From assembly GCA_963696385.1 (NCBI GenBank), contig CAVOKF010000003.1, positions 96,001 through 160,000 on the forward strand: DNA of 64,000 bases, in the 5' to 3' direction. Every line of letters begins with the position of its first letter. Position 1 is the first letter of the stretch. Origin of the DNA: an uncultured delta proteobacterium (GTDB lineage Bacteria > Myxococcota_A > Polyangia > Polyangiales > Polyangiaceae). Shown in pieces: positions 48,420-58,202 of the stretch. Made by a program: the position numbers and the translations under genes. Under the pieces are notes generated by a model. That model searched no databases and was not told where the DNA came from. It was given only the letters and a program-made list of their open reading frames with translations.

Positions 48420-49625
48420 CTATTTCCACCGCGCGCCAGCGTCGCGCACCGCAGCGACGTGCGACTCGTAAGTCTCGGAGAATGCGTGCCTTCCCTCGCC
48501 GCGCGCGACGAAGAAGAAGTAGCGAGATCGACTCGGTGCCATCACGGCGTCGAGCGACTTGACCCCGGGGTTCGCGATGGGACCAGGCGGGAGGCCCTCG
48601 TGGGTGTACGTCGAATACGGGTTGTCCGGATCGTGCTCCATCGCCGCGGTCGGCTTGCCCACGAACGTGGCGCACGATGCCGCCGCGGTGGGTGCAACGA
48701 GGCACCCGTAACTGGCCGTAGGGTCGCATTCGAGCCGCTTCGGATGGAAGGCCGGGTCGCGGATGCGGTTCAAGAAGACGCTGGCGATGACCGGGCGTTC
48801 GTCGTCGACCACCGCTTCCTTTTCCACCATCGACGCCAGCGTGACCACGTCGCGAAGATTGAGGGCGGCGGAGGTCATCACGTCACCCAGCGTCGCCGCC
48901 CGGGCCCGGGCAAGGATGTCCCACCGGCGATCAAACTCGCGCTTCATCGTCCGAACGACGTCTTGCGCGTCGTCGTCCAAAGGAAAATCGTAGGTGGCTG
49001 GAAAAAGAAAGCCCTCGGCGCTGTCCCCCTCGACACCGAGATCGCGCAGCAGGGTTGCGTCGACGGTTGCATCCAGAAATGCGCGAAGAGGCACGACGTG
49101 CTTTTCATCCAATCGGCGCGCCATCTCGAATCGATTCCAGCCCTCCGGGAACGTGACGCGCGCCGTGCCCGTGGCTCCCCGGCGTTCGAGGCGCGCCATC
49201 AGCTCGCGCGGGCTCGCGTCGTCGGTGAGCAGATGCACCCCTTCGACGACATCGCCCGGCCCCCCTGTGGCGCGCACCCAGAACGCGAACAAATCCCGAT
49301 TCGACACGAGGCCGGCGGCGAACAATTGCGTTGCGAGGCCGACGGCGGTGGAATTCTTTGGAATGGTCATCTCGACCGACTGTCCGGAGCCGGGGCCCCG
49401 TCGTGAGGGGTAGACGACGAAAAGCCCAATCGAGACGGCTGCGGCGAGACATCCGGCCGCTACTGCGAGACAGGCACCGACGCCCAGACGAACGCGCTGC
49501 GGGTGCGCGATCCGTGCTTCGGCGACCCTGGGCCGGCCTCTGCCACGCCGCCGGCGCTTCGGGCCGGCACTCGGCTGGCCCTTCGTCCGGCGCGCGCCGG
49601 TCCCCCGTTTCTGCGCGTCCGTCAT
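48420..49625 (-). CDS. mltG: Endolytic transglycosylase MltG
   Basis: VTFPEG, EGFLFPATY, LASMVEKEA, IASVFLNR, NPYSTYTHEGLPPGPIANPG. ATGA-coupled to ruvX. Confidence 0.95.
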   Translation of the reverse strand: MTDAQKRGTGARRTKGQPSAGPKRRRRGRGRPRVAEARIAHPQRVRLGVGACLAVAAGCLAAAVSIGLFVVYPSRRGPGSGQSVEMTIPKNSTAVGLATQLFAAGLVSNRDLFAFWVRATGGPGDVVEGVHLLTDDASPRELMARLERRGATGTARVTFPEGWNRFEMARRLDEKHVVPLRAFLDATVDATLLRDLGVEGDSAEGFLFPATYDFPLDDDAQDVVRTMKREFDRRWDILARARAATLGDVMTSAALNLRDVVTLASMVEKEAVVDDERPVIASVFLNRIRDPAFHPKRLECDPTASYGCLVAPTAAASCATFVGKPTAAMEHDPDNPYSTYTHEGLPPGPIANPGVKSLDAVMAPSRSRYFFFVARGEGRHAFSETYESHVAAVRDAGARWK

Positions 49626-50074
49626 CGACGACCCCGCCTTCGACCCCGCGCGTCGATCCAAGACTGCAAGATGGCGCATGCCGCGGCCGCGTCGACGTGG
49701 GCTCTGGCCTTGCGACCGCGTACGTTCGCCGCCGCGAGCCAACGGCGCGCCTGCACGGTCGAGAGTCTCTCGTCCCAGAGCTCAACCAGCCGACCCGTCG
49801 CGTCGGCGATCCGCTGCGCCAACGCCCGCGATCGACGCGCGGCCTGCCCCTCTCCGCCACGCATGTCGAGCGGCAGGCCGACGACGAACCGGCCCACGTT
49901 CTCCTCGTCGGCAAGCTTCCTCAGACCTAAAACGAGCGCTTCCGGATCCGACGCGTCGAGCGTCCCCCGAGGGTGAGCCAGAAGACCCAGCTCATCGTCG
50001 ATAGCCACGCCGACGCGAGCCGCCCCTGGGTCGAGCGCGCACGTTCGGAATGAACGCCGCGCATTGGCATCCAC
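49622..50074 (-). CDS. ruvX: RuvX/YqgF RNase H-fold nuclease
   Basis: ALDPGAARVGVAI, VVGLP, WDERLST, VDAAAAC. GTG start at 50074 is inferred. Confidence 0.93.
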   Translation of the reverse strand: MDANARRSFRTCALDPGAARVGVAIDDELGLLAHPRGTLDASDPEALVLGLRKLADEENVGRFVVGLPLDMRGGEGQAARRSRALAQRIADATGRLVELWDERLSTVQARRWLAAANVRGRKARAHVDAAAACAILQSWIDARGRRRGRR

Positions 50075-50193
50075 GGTGGAGTGGCATAGCGCGCCCCGGC
50101 GCGTGGCGCCATTGTCCAGAGGCTTGACCCGACCGTGCGCTCGGGGCCATAAGTCCGGGCTCTTTTGACTTCCCCCGGATCCTCCCAACAGAA

Positions 50194-51504
50194 ATGACTT
50201 TGCTCCGAGCCGTCAAGGGCATGAACGACGTGCTGCCCGAGGAGAGCGCGCGCTGGCAGTACTTCGAACAGGCTTACGCGCGGACGATGAGCCTGCACGG
50301 ATTCCGCGAGATCCGTACCCCGTACGTCGAACCGACCTCCTTATTCGTCCGTGCGATGGGCGACACGACCGACGTTGTCGAGAAGGAGATGTACTCGTTC
50401 CAACACCATGGCGATTCGCTGACGCTCCGACCCGAGGGGACGGCGGGGGCAGTGCGAGCGTATCTCGAGCACGCCGTTTCATCGCGGGAGCCGGTAACGC
50501 GCTGGTGGTACGCGGGGCCGATGTTTCGGGCGGAGCGGCCTCAACGCGGGCGGTACCGACAATTTTTTCAACTCGGTGCAGAGATTTTTGGCGACGACGG
50601 GCCCGGGTGTGACGCCGAGATGATCACGATGCTTTTCGAACTCATGCGGGAGCTCGAGGTGCCCGACTTGCATTTGCTGATCAATTCGCTGGGGGGTCCA
50701 CAGGTTCGGAGACGATATCGCGAGGCCCTCGTCGAGCACCTCACACCCCGCAGCGACTCGCTTTCGACCGACTCGCAACGTCGCCTGCGCACCAATCCGT
50801 TGCGAGTCCTCGATTCGAAGGACGAACGCGATCAGGCGGCCGTTCTGGGCGCGCCCACGATTCGCGAGTTCCTAGACCCTGGCGATCGCGAGCACTTCGC
50901 CAAGCTTTGCACGTACCTCGATACGCTCGGCACGCCCTACACGGTCGACGCGCGACTCGTTCGAGGGATCGATTACTATACGAGGACTCTTTTCGAGATT
51001 CAGGGCGCGCGCGACAAGCTCGGCGCCGGCAGCACGCTCGTCGGCGGCGGGCGCTACGATGGGCTGGTTCAGGATCTCGGCGGGCCCGCGGTATCCGCCA
51101 TCGGATTCGCCGCCGGCCTCGAGCGGCTGCTCATCGCGAGCGACATCGCGACCTCGGCCAATTCGCTCGACGCGCTCGTCGCACCCGTCGGCGCCGAGGC
51201 CATGGGTCCAGGCCTGCTGCTGGCGCGCCAGCTGCGAGCCCGCGGCATTCGATGCGACATCGACACGCGCGGAAGCTCGCTCAAGAGCCAACTTCGGCGC
51301 GCCAATCAGCTTCGGACGCGCGTGGTGCTCATCGTCGGTGAAAGCGAGCTCGCCGATGACGCTGTTCAGGTCAAGGACCTCGACCTGCACACGCAGGAGC
51401 GTATGCCCCGCGAGCAGGCGTTGCGCGCCGTCGTCGATCGGCTCATGAGCGCGTCGGGGAGCGTCGCCCCGCTGGTTCACCGAGACGCCACGGAGCGCCG
51501 ATGA
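50194..51504 (+). CDS. hisS: Histidyl-tRNA synthetase
   Basis: KEMY, LRPEGTAG, FRAERPQRGRYRQF, LVRGIDYY, GGGRYDGL. Confidence 0.98.
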   Translation: MTLLRAVKGMNDVLPEESARWQYFEQAYARTMSLHGFREIRTPYVEPTSLFVRAMGDTTDVVEKEMYSFQHHGDSLTLRPEGTAGAVRAYLEHAVSSREPVTRWWYAGPMFRAERPQRGRYRQFFQLGAEIFGDDGPGCDAEMITMLFELMRELEVPDLHLLINSLGGPQVRRRYREALVEHLTPRSDSLSTDSQRRLRTNPLRVLDSKDERDQAAVLGAPTIREFLDPGDREHFAKLCTYLDTLGTPYTVDARLVRGIDYYTRTLFEIQGARDKLGAGSTLVGGGRYDGLVQDLGGPAVSAIGFAAGLERLLIASDIATSANSLDALVAPVGAEAMGPGLLLARQLRARGIRCDIDTRGSSLKSQLRRANQLRTRVVLIVGESELADDAVQVKDLDLHTQERMPREQALRAVVDRLMSASGSVAPLVHRDATERR

Positions 51505-53264
51505 CGCCTGGGCGGTCGCTGTCCCAACACCTCGCGGCGAGCCTGATCGCGCTGTCCGTCCTCAGTGCCGCTTCGAGCGCGCGCGCTCAGTTGGGCGGAC
51601 GTGGTCCTCGCCGACCCGCCGAGCCGACTCAGCACAAGGACACGAAGCCGCCCTCGAGCGACGACGATGCCGAAGACCAAACGCCGCTGCTGCGCACCGA
51701 GCCGGAGATCCTGCCGCCGAGCGACCCGCTCGCCGTCTCACCCGATACGGCCGCGCGCATCGGCAGTGACTGGGACAGCGGGCCGCCCTCTCCCGCCGGG
51801 CCCATCGACCGTAAGCGATGGTTTCCTTATTACGAGTCGCGCGAAGGCGACTCGCGCGTAAGACTCTTGCCTCCGTTGTTCGTCGAACAGTCCCGCGGTT
51901 TGCACGATCCCACGCAAGCCCTTTATGGGGTGCCACAGAGCGAGGACACCCAAGGCCTTTATGGGCTCTTGTATTACAGGCGTCGATCGCTCAAACTCGA
52001 CATGGATGTGGTCTTTCCCGGCTTTTGGCGAGTTCGGGACGGTCACGACCACGTGGTCGTCGCAGGGCCCGTCGTTCATCGCGAGGCGCCTGGCGAAAAC
52101 GACAACTGGCTCGCGCCGCTCTATTTCCAGGGCTCGCGGCCGACAGGCGGCTATTTCCACTCACCCCCCCTGCTCACTACATCGCACTGGGGTCCGGACG
52201 GCGCGTTCACGCTAGTCGGTCCCTATTTTCGCGCACGCACCGGCAACAACGTCGACATGGGCGTCGCGCCGTTGTTTTTCCACGGCGACAACGGCAATCT
52301 GGAGGGGAATCGTCGTAGTTACACGCTGATTCCACTTCTTCTGACGTACCACTCGGATCACGAGCTGGACGACGCCTCGACCACCGTCGTAGGTCCTGTC
52401 ATTCGCCAATCCGATCCGAAGCGCGACGTCTTCGACGTCGCTCCCTTCTATTTTCATATTCACGGGAAACCAGACTCGGGTGGAGTCACCGAGGAACACA
52501 CGACGCTATTGCCGTTCTTTCACTACGGCCGCGACCCGGACCAATCCCTTTTCATCTTGCCAGGCTATTACCGAAGGGTGTCGCGGACGACGGACACGAT
52601 GCTTTCTCTTTTCTACTCCCGCGCCGAAACGCGCAGCGGTGCCACGTCGCTTACGGCGGCAGGCCCCATCGTTCCCTTTTGGTGGGACTACCGGGATCGG
52701 GACATTGGCCTCCACACGTCGGCGCTCGCTCCTTTCTATTACGCGTCCGATAGCCCATCGGAGCACGATTGGCTTACCCCGATAGCCGGGCGCTTCCAGA
52801 CGTACGGTCAGTCGAACACGTGGTGGTTCTTTCCCTCGTTTACATTTTCGTCGAATGCGCGCGGGTGGGAGGACGACTTTCACCCCATCGTTTACGTGGG
52901 CCGAAGCGACGATTCGAGTCACACCGTCGTAGCGCCCGTTTTTTGGGACTTTGCGAACGCCAAGGGCAGAACGACCGTCGGCTTTCCGCTCTACTGGCGC
53001 TTTGCCGACACTCAAGAGCAATCGGTCCTTCAGGTCGCAGCCAACACCGTTTACGTTCAGAAACACGTGGTCGGGGGACTCGATTGGCAATTTCATCTTC
53101 TTCCGTTTTTCTCGTATGGTGAAAATCCAACCGGATATTTTTGGAACGTCTTGTTCGGACTCGCTGGCTATACGCGCGCCGGAGCTTCCAGCCAAGTCCG
53201 CGCCCTGTGGATCCCCTTCGACTTGAGCGGCGCGCCGCCAGCGGGGCAAGCGGCCGTGCGCTAG
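51501..53264 (+). CDS. Exported protein made of ~16-20-residue Pro/aromatic beta-hairpin repeats
   Basis: Signal peptide (ARA-Q), then repeated hydrophobic-Pro-aromatic cores (VFPGFW, LAPLYF, VAPLFF, VAPFYF, LLPFFH, LAPFYY, GFPLYW). ATGA-coupled to hisS. Confidence 0.85.
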   Translation: MTPGRSLSQHLAASLIALSVLSAASSARAQLGGRGPRRPAEPTQHKDTKPPSSDDDAEDQTPLLRTEPEILPPSDPLAVSPDTAARIGSDWDSGPPSPAGPIDRKRWFPYYESREGDSRVRLLPPLFVEQSRGLHDPTQALYGVPQSEDTQGLYGLLYYRRRSLKLDMDVVFPGFWRVRDGHDHVVVAGPVVHREAPGENDNWLAPLYFQGSRPTGGYFHSPPLLTTSHWGPDGAFTLVGPYFRARTGNNVDMGVAPLFFHGDNGNLEGNRRSYTLIPLLLTYHSDHELDDASTTVVGPVIRQSDPKRDVFDVAPFYFHIHGKPDSGGVTEEHTTLLPFFHYGRDPDQSLFILPGYYRRVSRTTDTMLSLFYSRAETRSGATSLTAAGPIVPFWWDYRDRDIGLHTSALAPFYYASDSPSEHDWLTPIAGRFQTYGQSNTWWFFPSFTFSSNARGWEDDFHPIVYVGRSDDSSHTVVAPVFWDFANAKGRTTVGFPLYWRFADTQEQSVLQVAANTVYVQKHVVGGLDWQFHLLPFFSYGENPTGYFWNVLFGLAGYTRAGASSQVRALWIPFDLSGAPPAGQAAVR

Positions 53265-53409
53265 CCAGGATCCCCGAGCCCTCGCGCGCCTCGCTGCACC
53301 GTTGACTCGCGCCTGGACTCGGTCCGCCTCCAATCGCCAAACGCTGTGCTCTAAAGCAGCGTCCCGAATCATGGAACGGCCCCGTTAAGATTGACACGTC
53401 TGCGTCCGG

Positions 53410-53444
53410 AAAAAAGCCCGTTCCACGCTATGGAACGGCGCTTT
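53410..53444 (-). terminator. Intrinsic terminator of the kinase-desulfurase operon
   Basis: Minus strand reads CCGTTCCA-TAGCG-TGGAACGG then GCTTTTTT, directly after the desulfurase TAA. Confidence 0.75.
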
Positions 53445-54582
53445 AGCTCTTGTCGGGCGCGATCCTCGCCCGCGCGAGAACACGAGCGGTGGCAGCAAGA
53501 GCTAGCTCGATGTCCTCGTAGGTCGTGTCTTCGCCCAGCGAGAAGCGCACGCTGGACACGGCGGCGGACGGATCGCCCATCGCCATGAGCGCCGACGAGG
53601 GCTCGTTCGTTCCAGCGCTGCACGCGCTGCCGCTCGAGACGGCAACGCCTTCGAGGTCGAGGGCAGCGACGAGCTCGGACCCCGCCCACCCCGGGAACAC
53701 GACGCTGGCCACATGCGGCGCGCGGGGCGCGCTCGACCCGTTCACTCGAGCGCCATGCGCGAGTCGGACGAGCCGAGCCTCCAGCTCGTCGCGCAACGGA
53801 GCGACGCACCTCCACCGCACAGGCGCATCTTCAGCACGGCGCGCGGCTTCCGCGAGTCCTGCGGCGGCGACAGGGTCGACTGTTCCGGGACGCAATCCAC
53901 GCTCTTGAGTGCCGCCGAACAGTACCGGCGCCAGCGTCAGGCCCGGACGTGTCACGAGGGCTCCGATCGACTTCGGGCCCCTCATCTTGTGACCGGCGAG
54001 GCTCCGGGTATCCGCGCCGGGGACGCAGTCGTCCACGCGACCGAACGCCTGCACGGCGTCGACGTGGACGCGCACGCCCGCTCGACGCGACCGAGCGATG
54101 ACGTCATGGACCGGCTGAACGACTCCGGTCTCCGAGTTGATCGCTTGCAGCGCAACGAGCCGAACGTCGGGGAGCGAAATCGCGCGATCGAAGTCGTCGA
54201 GGGCGAACGTCCCATCGGATCGGACGTTTACCCATCGAACCCGTGCCCGGCCTTCTCGTTCGAGAGCCTCGGCAACGCGCGTAACCGACGGGTGCTCGAG
54301 GCGGCTCGTCACGAGAACTCCGGGCGCATGAGCAAAGGCGCTGCGTATGGCCAGGTTGTTGGCCTCCGTACCGCCCGAAGTCAGGACGACGTCGCGCGGG
54401 TCACAAAGCGCGAGCCGGGCTACTGCCTCCCGCGCATCCTCGACGCATGCGCGCGCAGCACGGCCGAAATGGTGAACACTGGATGGGTTGCCCCACTTCT
54501 CGCGAGCCGCGACCCCCATGACGTCGATGACCGACGTCGCCGGCGGCGCGGTAGCGTTCCAGTCCAGATAGACGCGCTTCAC
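53443..54582 (-). CDS. Cysteine desulfurase (IscS/NifS class I)
   Basis: YLDWNAT, GNPSSVH, TSGGTEANN, HVDAVQ, AGHKMRGPK (PLP Lys), SSGSACS (catalytic Cys). Confidence 0.93.
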   Translation of the reverse strand: MKRVYLDWNATAPPATSVIDVMGVAAREKWGNPSSVHHFGRAARACVEDAREAVARLALCDPRDVVLTSGGTEANNLAIRSAFAHAPGVLVTSRLEHPSVTRVAEALEREGRARVRWVNVRSDGTFALDDFDRAISLPDVRLVALQAINSETGVVQPVHDVIARSRRAGVRVHVDAVQAFGRVDDCVPGADTRSLAGHKMRGPKSIGALVTRPGLTLAPVLFGGTQERGLRPGTVDPVAAAGLAEAARRAEDAPVRWRCVAPLRDELEARLVRLAHGARVNGSSAPRAPHVASVVFPGWAGSELVAALDLEGVAVSSGSACSAGTNEPSSALMAMGDPSAAVSSVRFSLGEDTTYEDIELALAATARVLARARIAPDKS

Positions 54583-55793
54583 GCGTTGACGACGACGGTG
54601 GGCGCTTGCTTCGCGACGGTCAGCAAGAACGCCGCGCCGGCAAGGTAGCGCCCTTCGACCGTGGCACCACCGGTCAACTTCACGTCCCCGCCAAGCCCGC
54701 GCGCGACGCGCCTGGCGATGGCCAGTCCAACGCCTACGCCTCCGTGTGCACGCGTCGGCAATCCATCGACTTGATAAAATGGTTCGAAGATTCGCTCCGC
54801 CCTCTCCGGCGGAATTCCGGGCCCGCTGTCTGCGACGAGCACTTCGTAGTGTGCGTCGAGGACGCGTACACGCAGGCCAACCGTGCCGCCCGGAGGCGCA
54901 AACTTGCTTGCATTATCGAGAATTTGGCTCGTCGCTCGGCCAAGTCGGTCGGGATCTCCGTACGCAGGCAGCGGTCCGAGCGGAGTCTCTTCGAGAAGAG
55001 AAATGTGCCGATCCGCGAACGTGTCCGCGTACGCTGCGACAGCGCGTCGGATCGTGTCGAGAAAATCGTAGTCGCGGTGAAAAAAACGCATTTTCCCGGT
55101 CTCGAGACCCGTGACATCGATCAAGTTGTCGAGTGTTGCCCGCAAGCGGCGCACGCAGTCATCCATCGCATGCATAGCCTTGGCCTGCGGCTTGTTGACG
55201 GGTCCGAGCTCGCCGTCGAGCATCATGCGCAGGTACCCGACGATAGGGGTCATCGGGGTTGCCAACTCATGGCTGATGTTGCGGTAGAACTCGGTGCGGA
55301 GCCGCTCGACCTCGCGCAAGCGGTCGTTTGCTTCGGAGAGCTCAGCCACCTTTTGCTCGAGGTGGCCGACGATGCGATGACTTTGAAGTCGCAGCCGCTC
55401 ACCCGTCGCGTCGGGACTCGACGTGTAGGGTTCGCGGTGTCCGGCGATGTACGATCGGACCAGAGACGCAAAGCTTCGCGCCTCGATGGGCTTCTGAATG
55501 AAGCCGTCGCACCCGACGGCAAAGCTCGTATCACGGTCGCCCTCTGCCGTGATGGCCACGATGCGCGTTCCGGCGAGCGACGGCTCGCTGCGCAACCGGA
55601 GCGTCACTTCGTAGCCGTCCAGCCCCGGAATGTTGAGATCCACGAGAACCAGATCCGGCCGGACCGCGAGAGCGCAGCGCACACCCTCGAGCCCGTCGGC
55701 GGCGTCGATTACCTCATGGCCCTCCGCCGCCAGCAGCTTGCGTACGAGCAGCCGATTGGCGGGGTCATCCTCGATGTGAAGAACGCGCGGCAT
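54579..55793 (-). CDS. Hybrid response regulator / histidine kinase (REC-HisKA-HATPase)
   Basis: HIEDD...LVDLNIP...QKP receiver; SHELATPM H-box; NASKF, DSGPGI, FEPF and GVGVGL boxes. Confidence 0.93.
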   Translation of the reverse strand: MPRVLHIEDDPANRLLVRKLLAAEGHEVIDAADGLEGVRCALAVRPDLVLVDLNIPGLDGYEVTLRLRSEPSLAGTRIVAITAEGDRDTSFAVGCDGFIQKPIEARSFASLVRSYIAGHREPYTSSPDATGERLRLQSHRIVGHLEQKVAELSEANDRLREVERLRTEFYRNISHELATPMTPIVGYLRMMLDGELGPVNKPQAKAMHAMDDCVRRLRATLDNLIDVTGLETGKMRFFHRDYDFLDTIRRAVAAYADTFADRHISLLEETPLGPLPAYGDPDRLGRATSQILDNASKFAPPGGTVGLRVRVLDAHYEVLVADSGPGIPPERAERIFEPFYQVDGLPTRAHGGVGVGLAIARRVARGLGGDVKLTGGATVEGRYLAGAAFLLTVAKQAPTVVVNA

Positions 55794-55841
55794 TCCAACC
55801 TTTGACTTCCACAGCGTCCCCGAAGTAACTCTGCGCGGGAC

Positions 55842-56390
55842 ATGTTCACGCGGTTCTATCACGCCCTCTGCGCCGTCGCTTCGATGGGTTCGGCCACCCT
55901 GTACGGCTGCACGTCGCTGACCGAACCGCCACCGCCCGAGCCCGTCGCGGCAGAGACGGTCACCCTGCCTGCCAGCGGCCCGTCGGCCAAGGCCGCAGCG
56001 CCGCCCGTCGTGTCGGCTTCTGCGATGGCTCAGCCGCAGCCTCCGGCGGGGTCGGGAGCTCTCGAGAAACTCACGACGGTGACCCTCGCCAAGGGCAAGG
56101 GACCCGAGGCGAAAACCGGCGATCGGGTCCGCGTGCACTACGTGGGCACGCTGCCGGACGGTACAAAATTCGATAGCTCACGGGATCGGAACAAGCCGTT
56201 TGACTTCGCCCTCGGTGCAGGACAAGTCATCAAGGGCTGGGACCAAGGAGTCTCCGGCATGCGGGTAGGTGAGAAGCGCAAGCTTCTCATACCCCCGTCG
56301 CTCGCCTATGGGGCACGCGGACGCCCAGGAATTCCGCCCAATTCTGCTTTGATTTTCGAAGTGGAGCTTCTCGCCATCAATCCGAAGTGA
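55842..56390 (+). CDS. FKBP-type peptidyl-prolyl isomerase, lipoprotein
   Basis: LYGC lipobox; [38 protein letters not shown]. Confidence 0.95.
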   Translation: MFTRFYHALCAVASMGSATLYGCTSLTEPPPPEPVAAETVTLPASGPSAKAAAPPVVSASAMAQPQPPAGSGALEKLTTVTLAKGKGPEAKTGDRVRVHYVGTLPDGTKFDSSRDRNKPFDFALGAGQVIKGWDQGVSGMRVGEKRKLLIPPSLAYGARGRPGIPPNSALIFEVELLAINPK

Positions 56391-56564
56391 CGAGCCCCTC
56401 CGATCGCCTCGAGCGCTCGCTTGGCTCCCGTGCTCGCCGAATCGGTGCCCACCCCATCCGGAGCCGAGATGCGGTAAACGTCGGTGTCCAAGTCGATTTC
56501 GAAGGATTCGCCTCTCCGCCCGAGCCGAGATGCCTCGGACGCCCGCGTGCTAGGAAGGGGTGCG

Positions 56565-58202
56565 ATGCCGACCAGCCCGGAAGCGACCGCGGTCGCCGGC
56601 ACTTCGCTGGAAGCCGACGAGCGGAAACCCGAGCCCCTGGCGCCGGCCACGGGGTTGGCTCCGCTTTCGGGGCCGGTGGCATACGCCGCTGCCGTCGTTT
56701 CCGGGGCTCTCTACTGGCTCGCCTTTCCCGGCGTCGACCTCTGGCCGTTGGCTTTGGTGTCCTGGGTTCCGCTGATCGTCGCGATGCGCCGGCAGTCGAC
56801 GCGCCGAACTACCCTGCTCGGCTGGACGACCGGCCTGACGATGAACGTGGCGGGGTTCTTTTGGCTGCAGAAAATGCTCGAGACGTTCAGCGGATTCCCG
56901 GCGCCCGTCTGCTTCGTCTTCGTGCTGGTCCTGTGCAGCTATCAGGCTGGACGCATCGGATTGCTCGGTTGGATCTACGGGCGAGCCACGTCGCGCGGCT
57001 GGCCGGCGGCGGGCGTTTTCGTCGCCGCGTTCGTGGCCAGTGAGCTTTTGTATCCGCTCCTGTTCCCTTGGTATTACGGCGCGACGGCCCATACGGTCCC
57101 GGTCCTCATGCAGACGGCGGAACTCGGCGGCCCTATCGCGGTCGGTCTGGTCCTGGTCGCCGCGAATCTTGCGGTTTCCGAGCCCGTTGTCGCCTGGGTC
57201 GAGCGGCGCAGGGTGCATTGGGCCACTACGCTGAGCGCGACGGCCCTCCTGACGTTGGCGCTCGGTTACGGTGCCTTTCGCATCCGCTCGGTGGACGCCG
57301 AGGCCCAGCGCGCGCCGGAAGCGAGCGTCGGCATCGTGCAGGCGAATATGGGCCTGATGGAGAAACGGAAAGATTTCGATGAGGGACTGCAGCGCCACCT
57401 GCGTCTGAGCCGCGATCTTCGTGCGCGCGGTGCGGACTTTCTGGTTTGGAGCGAGACGTCCGCCATGCGCGCCGTGCGCGATTCATCGTACCGAGCGGAG
57501 CTCCGCTCCGTGGCCCAGCAGGTTGGACTGCCTACGGTGTTCGGCGCCGTCATCGTCCGACCCGTCAGCGACGAGCGCGAGTACGTTCTCTACAATAGCG
57601 CTGTAGCCAGCGCGGCCGATGGGTCGATCGGGAGCCGATACGACAAGCAGTATCTTCTGACGTTCGGAGAGTACTTACCGTTCGGAGACACGTTTCCCGT
57701 CCTGCATCGATGGTCGCCCAACAGCGGGCACTTCACGCCGGGCACGTCGCTCGACCCGCTGCTCGTCGACATCCGGGGCGAGAAGCATCCCGTTACCGTC
57801 TTGATCTGTTACGAGGATGTCCTGCCCGGGTTCACGAATGACGCGGTGCGCCATGCCGATCCGGAGCTCCTGATCAACTTGACCAACGACGCGTGGTTTC
57901 TCGACACGGCGGAGCCCTGGGAGCATTTCGCCCTAACGCAGATGCGGTCCGTGGAACATCGGCGATATCTCGTCCGGGGAACGAACAGTGGGGTCAGCGG
58001 CGTCGTGGATGCGGTCGGTCGCGTCGTCGCACAATCCGGAACCTTCCGACAGGAAGCGCTGCTGGCCCCGATTCGCTGGATGCGCGCACACACACCGTAC
58101 GAAACCCTGGGTGACTGGCCATGGGCTATCGTGTCGGCCGTGGGCGTGTTCCTGGCGTTTCGTCGCCGTGGCCCGGACATCAGAGTTTCAGCGCCTTCTT
58201 GA
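56565..58202 (+). CDS. lnt: Apolipoprotein N-acyltransferase
   Basis: TM N-terminal half; catalytic triad in VWSETS, YDKQYLLTFGEY and LICYED; TNDAWF. Start at 56565 or 56484. Confidence 0.95.
   Translation: MPTSPEATAVAGTSLEADERKPEPLAPATGLAPLSGPVAYAAAVVSGALYWLAFPGVDLWPLALVSWVPLIVAMRRQSTRRTTLLGWTTGLTMNVAGFFWLQKMLETFSGFPAPVCFVFVLVLCSYQAGRIGLLGWIYGRATSRGWPAAGVFVAAFVASELLYPLLFPWYYGATAHTVPVLMQTAELGGPIAVGLVLVAANLAVSEPVVAWVERRRVHWATTLSATALLTLALGYGAFRIRSVDAEAQRAPEASVGIVQANMGLMEKRKDFDEGLQRHLRLSRDLRARGADFLVWSETSAMRAVRDSSYRAELRSVAQQVGLPTVFGAVIVRPVSDEREYVLYNSAVASAADGSIGSRYDKQYLLTFGEYLPFGDTFPVLHRWSPNSGHFTPGTSLDPLLVDIRGEKHPVTVLICYEDVLPGFTNDAVRHADPELLINLTNDAWFLDTAEPWEHFALTQMRSVEHRRYLVRGTNSGVSGVVDAVGRVVAQSGTFRQEALLAPIRWMRAHTPYETLGDWPWAIVSAVGVFLAFRRRGPDIRVSAPS

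Noticed and set aside
50140..50180. RNase P RNA-like AAGTCCGGGCTC
   Set aside because: Lacks GAGGA before the motif, and the ~120-bp gap is far too short; it is the hisS/ruvX promoter region.
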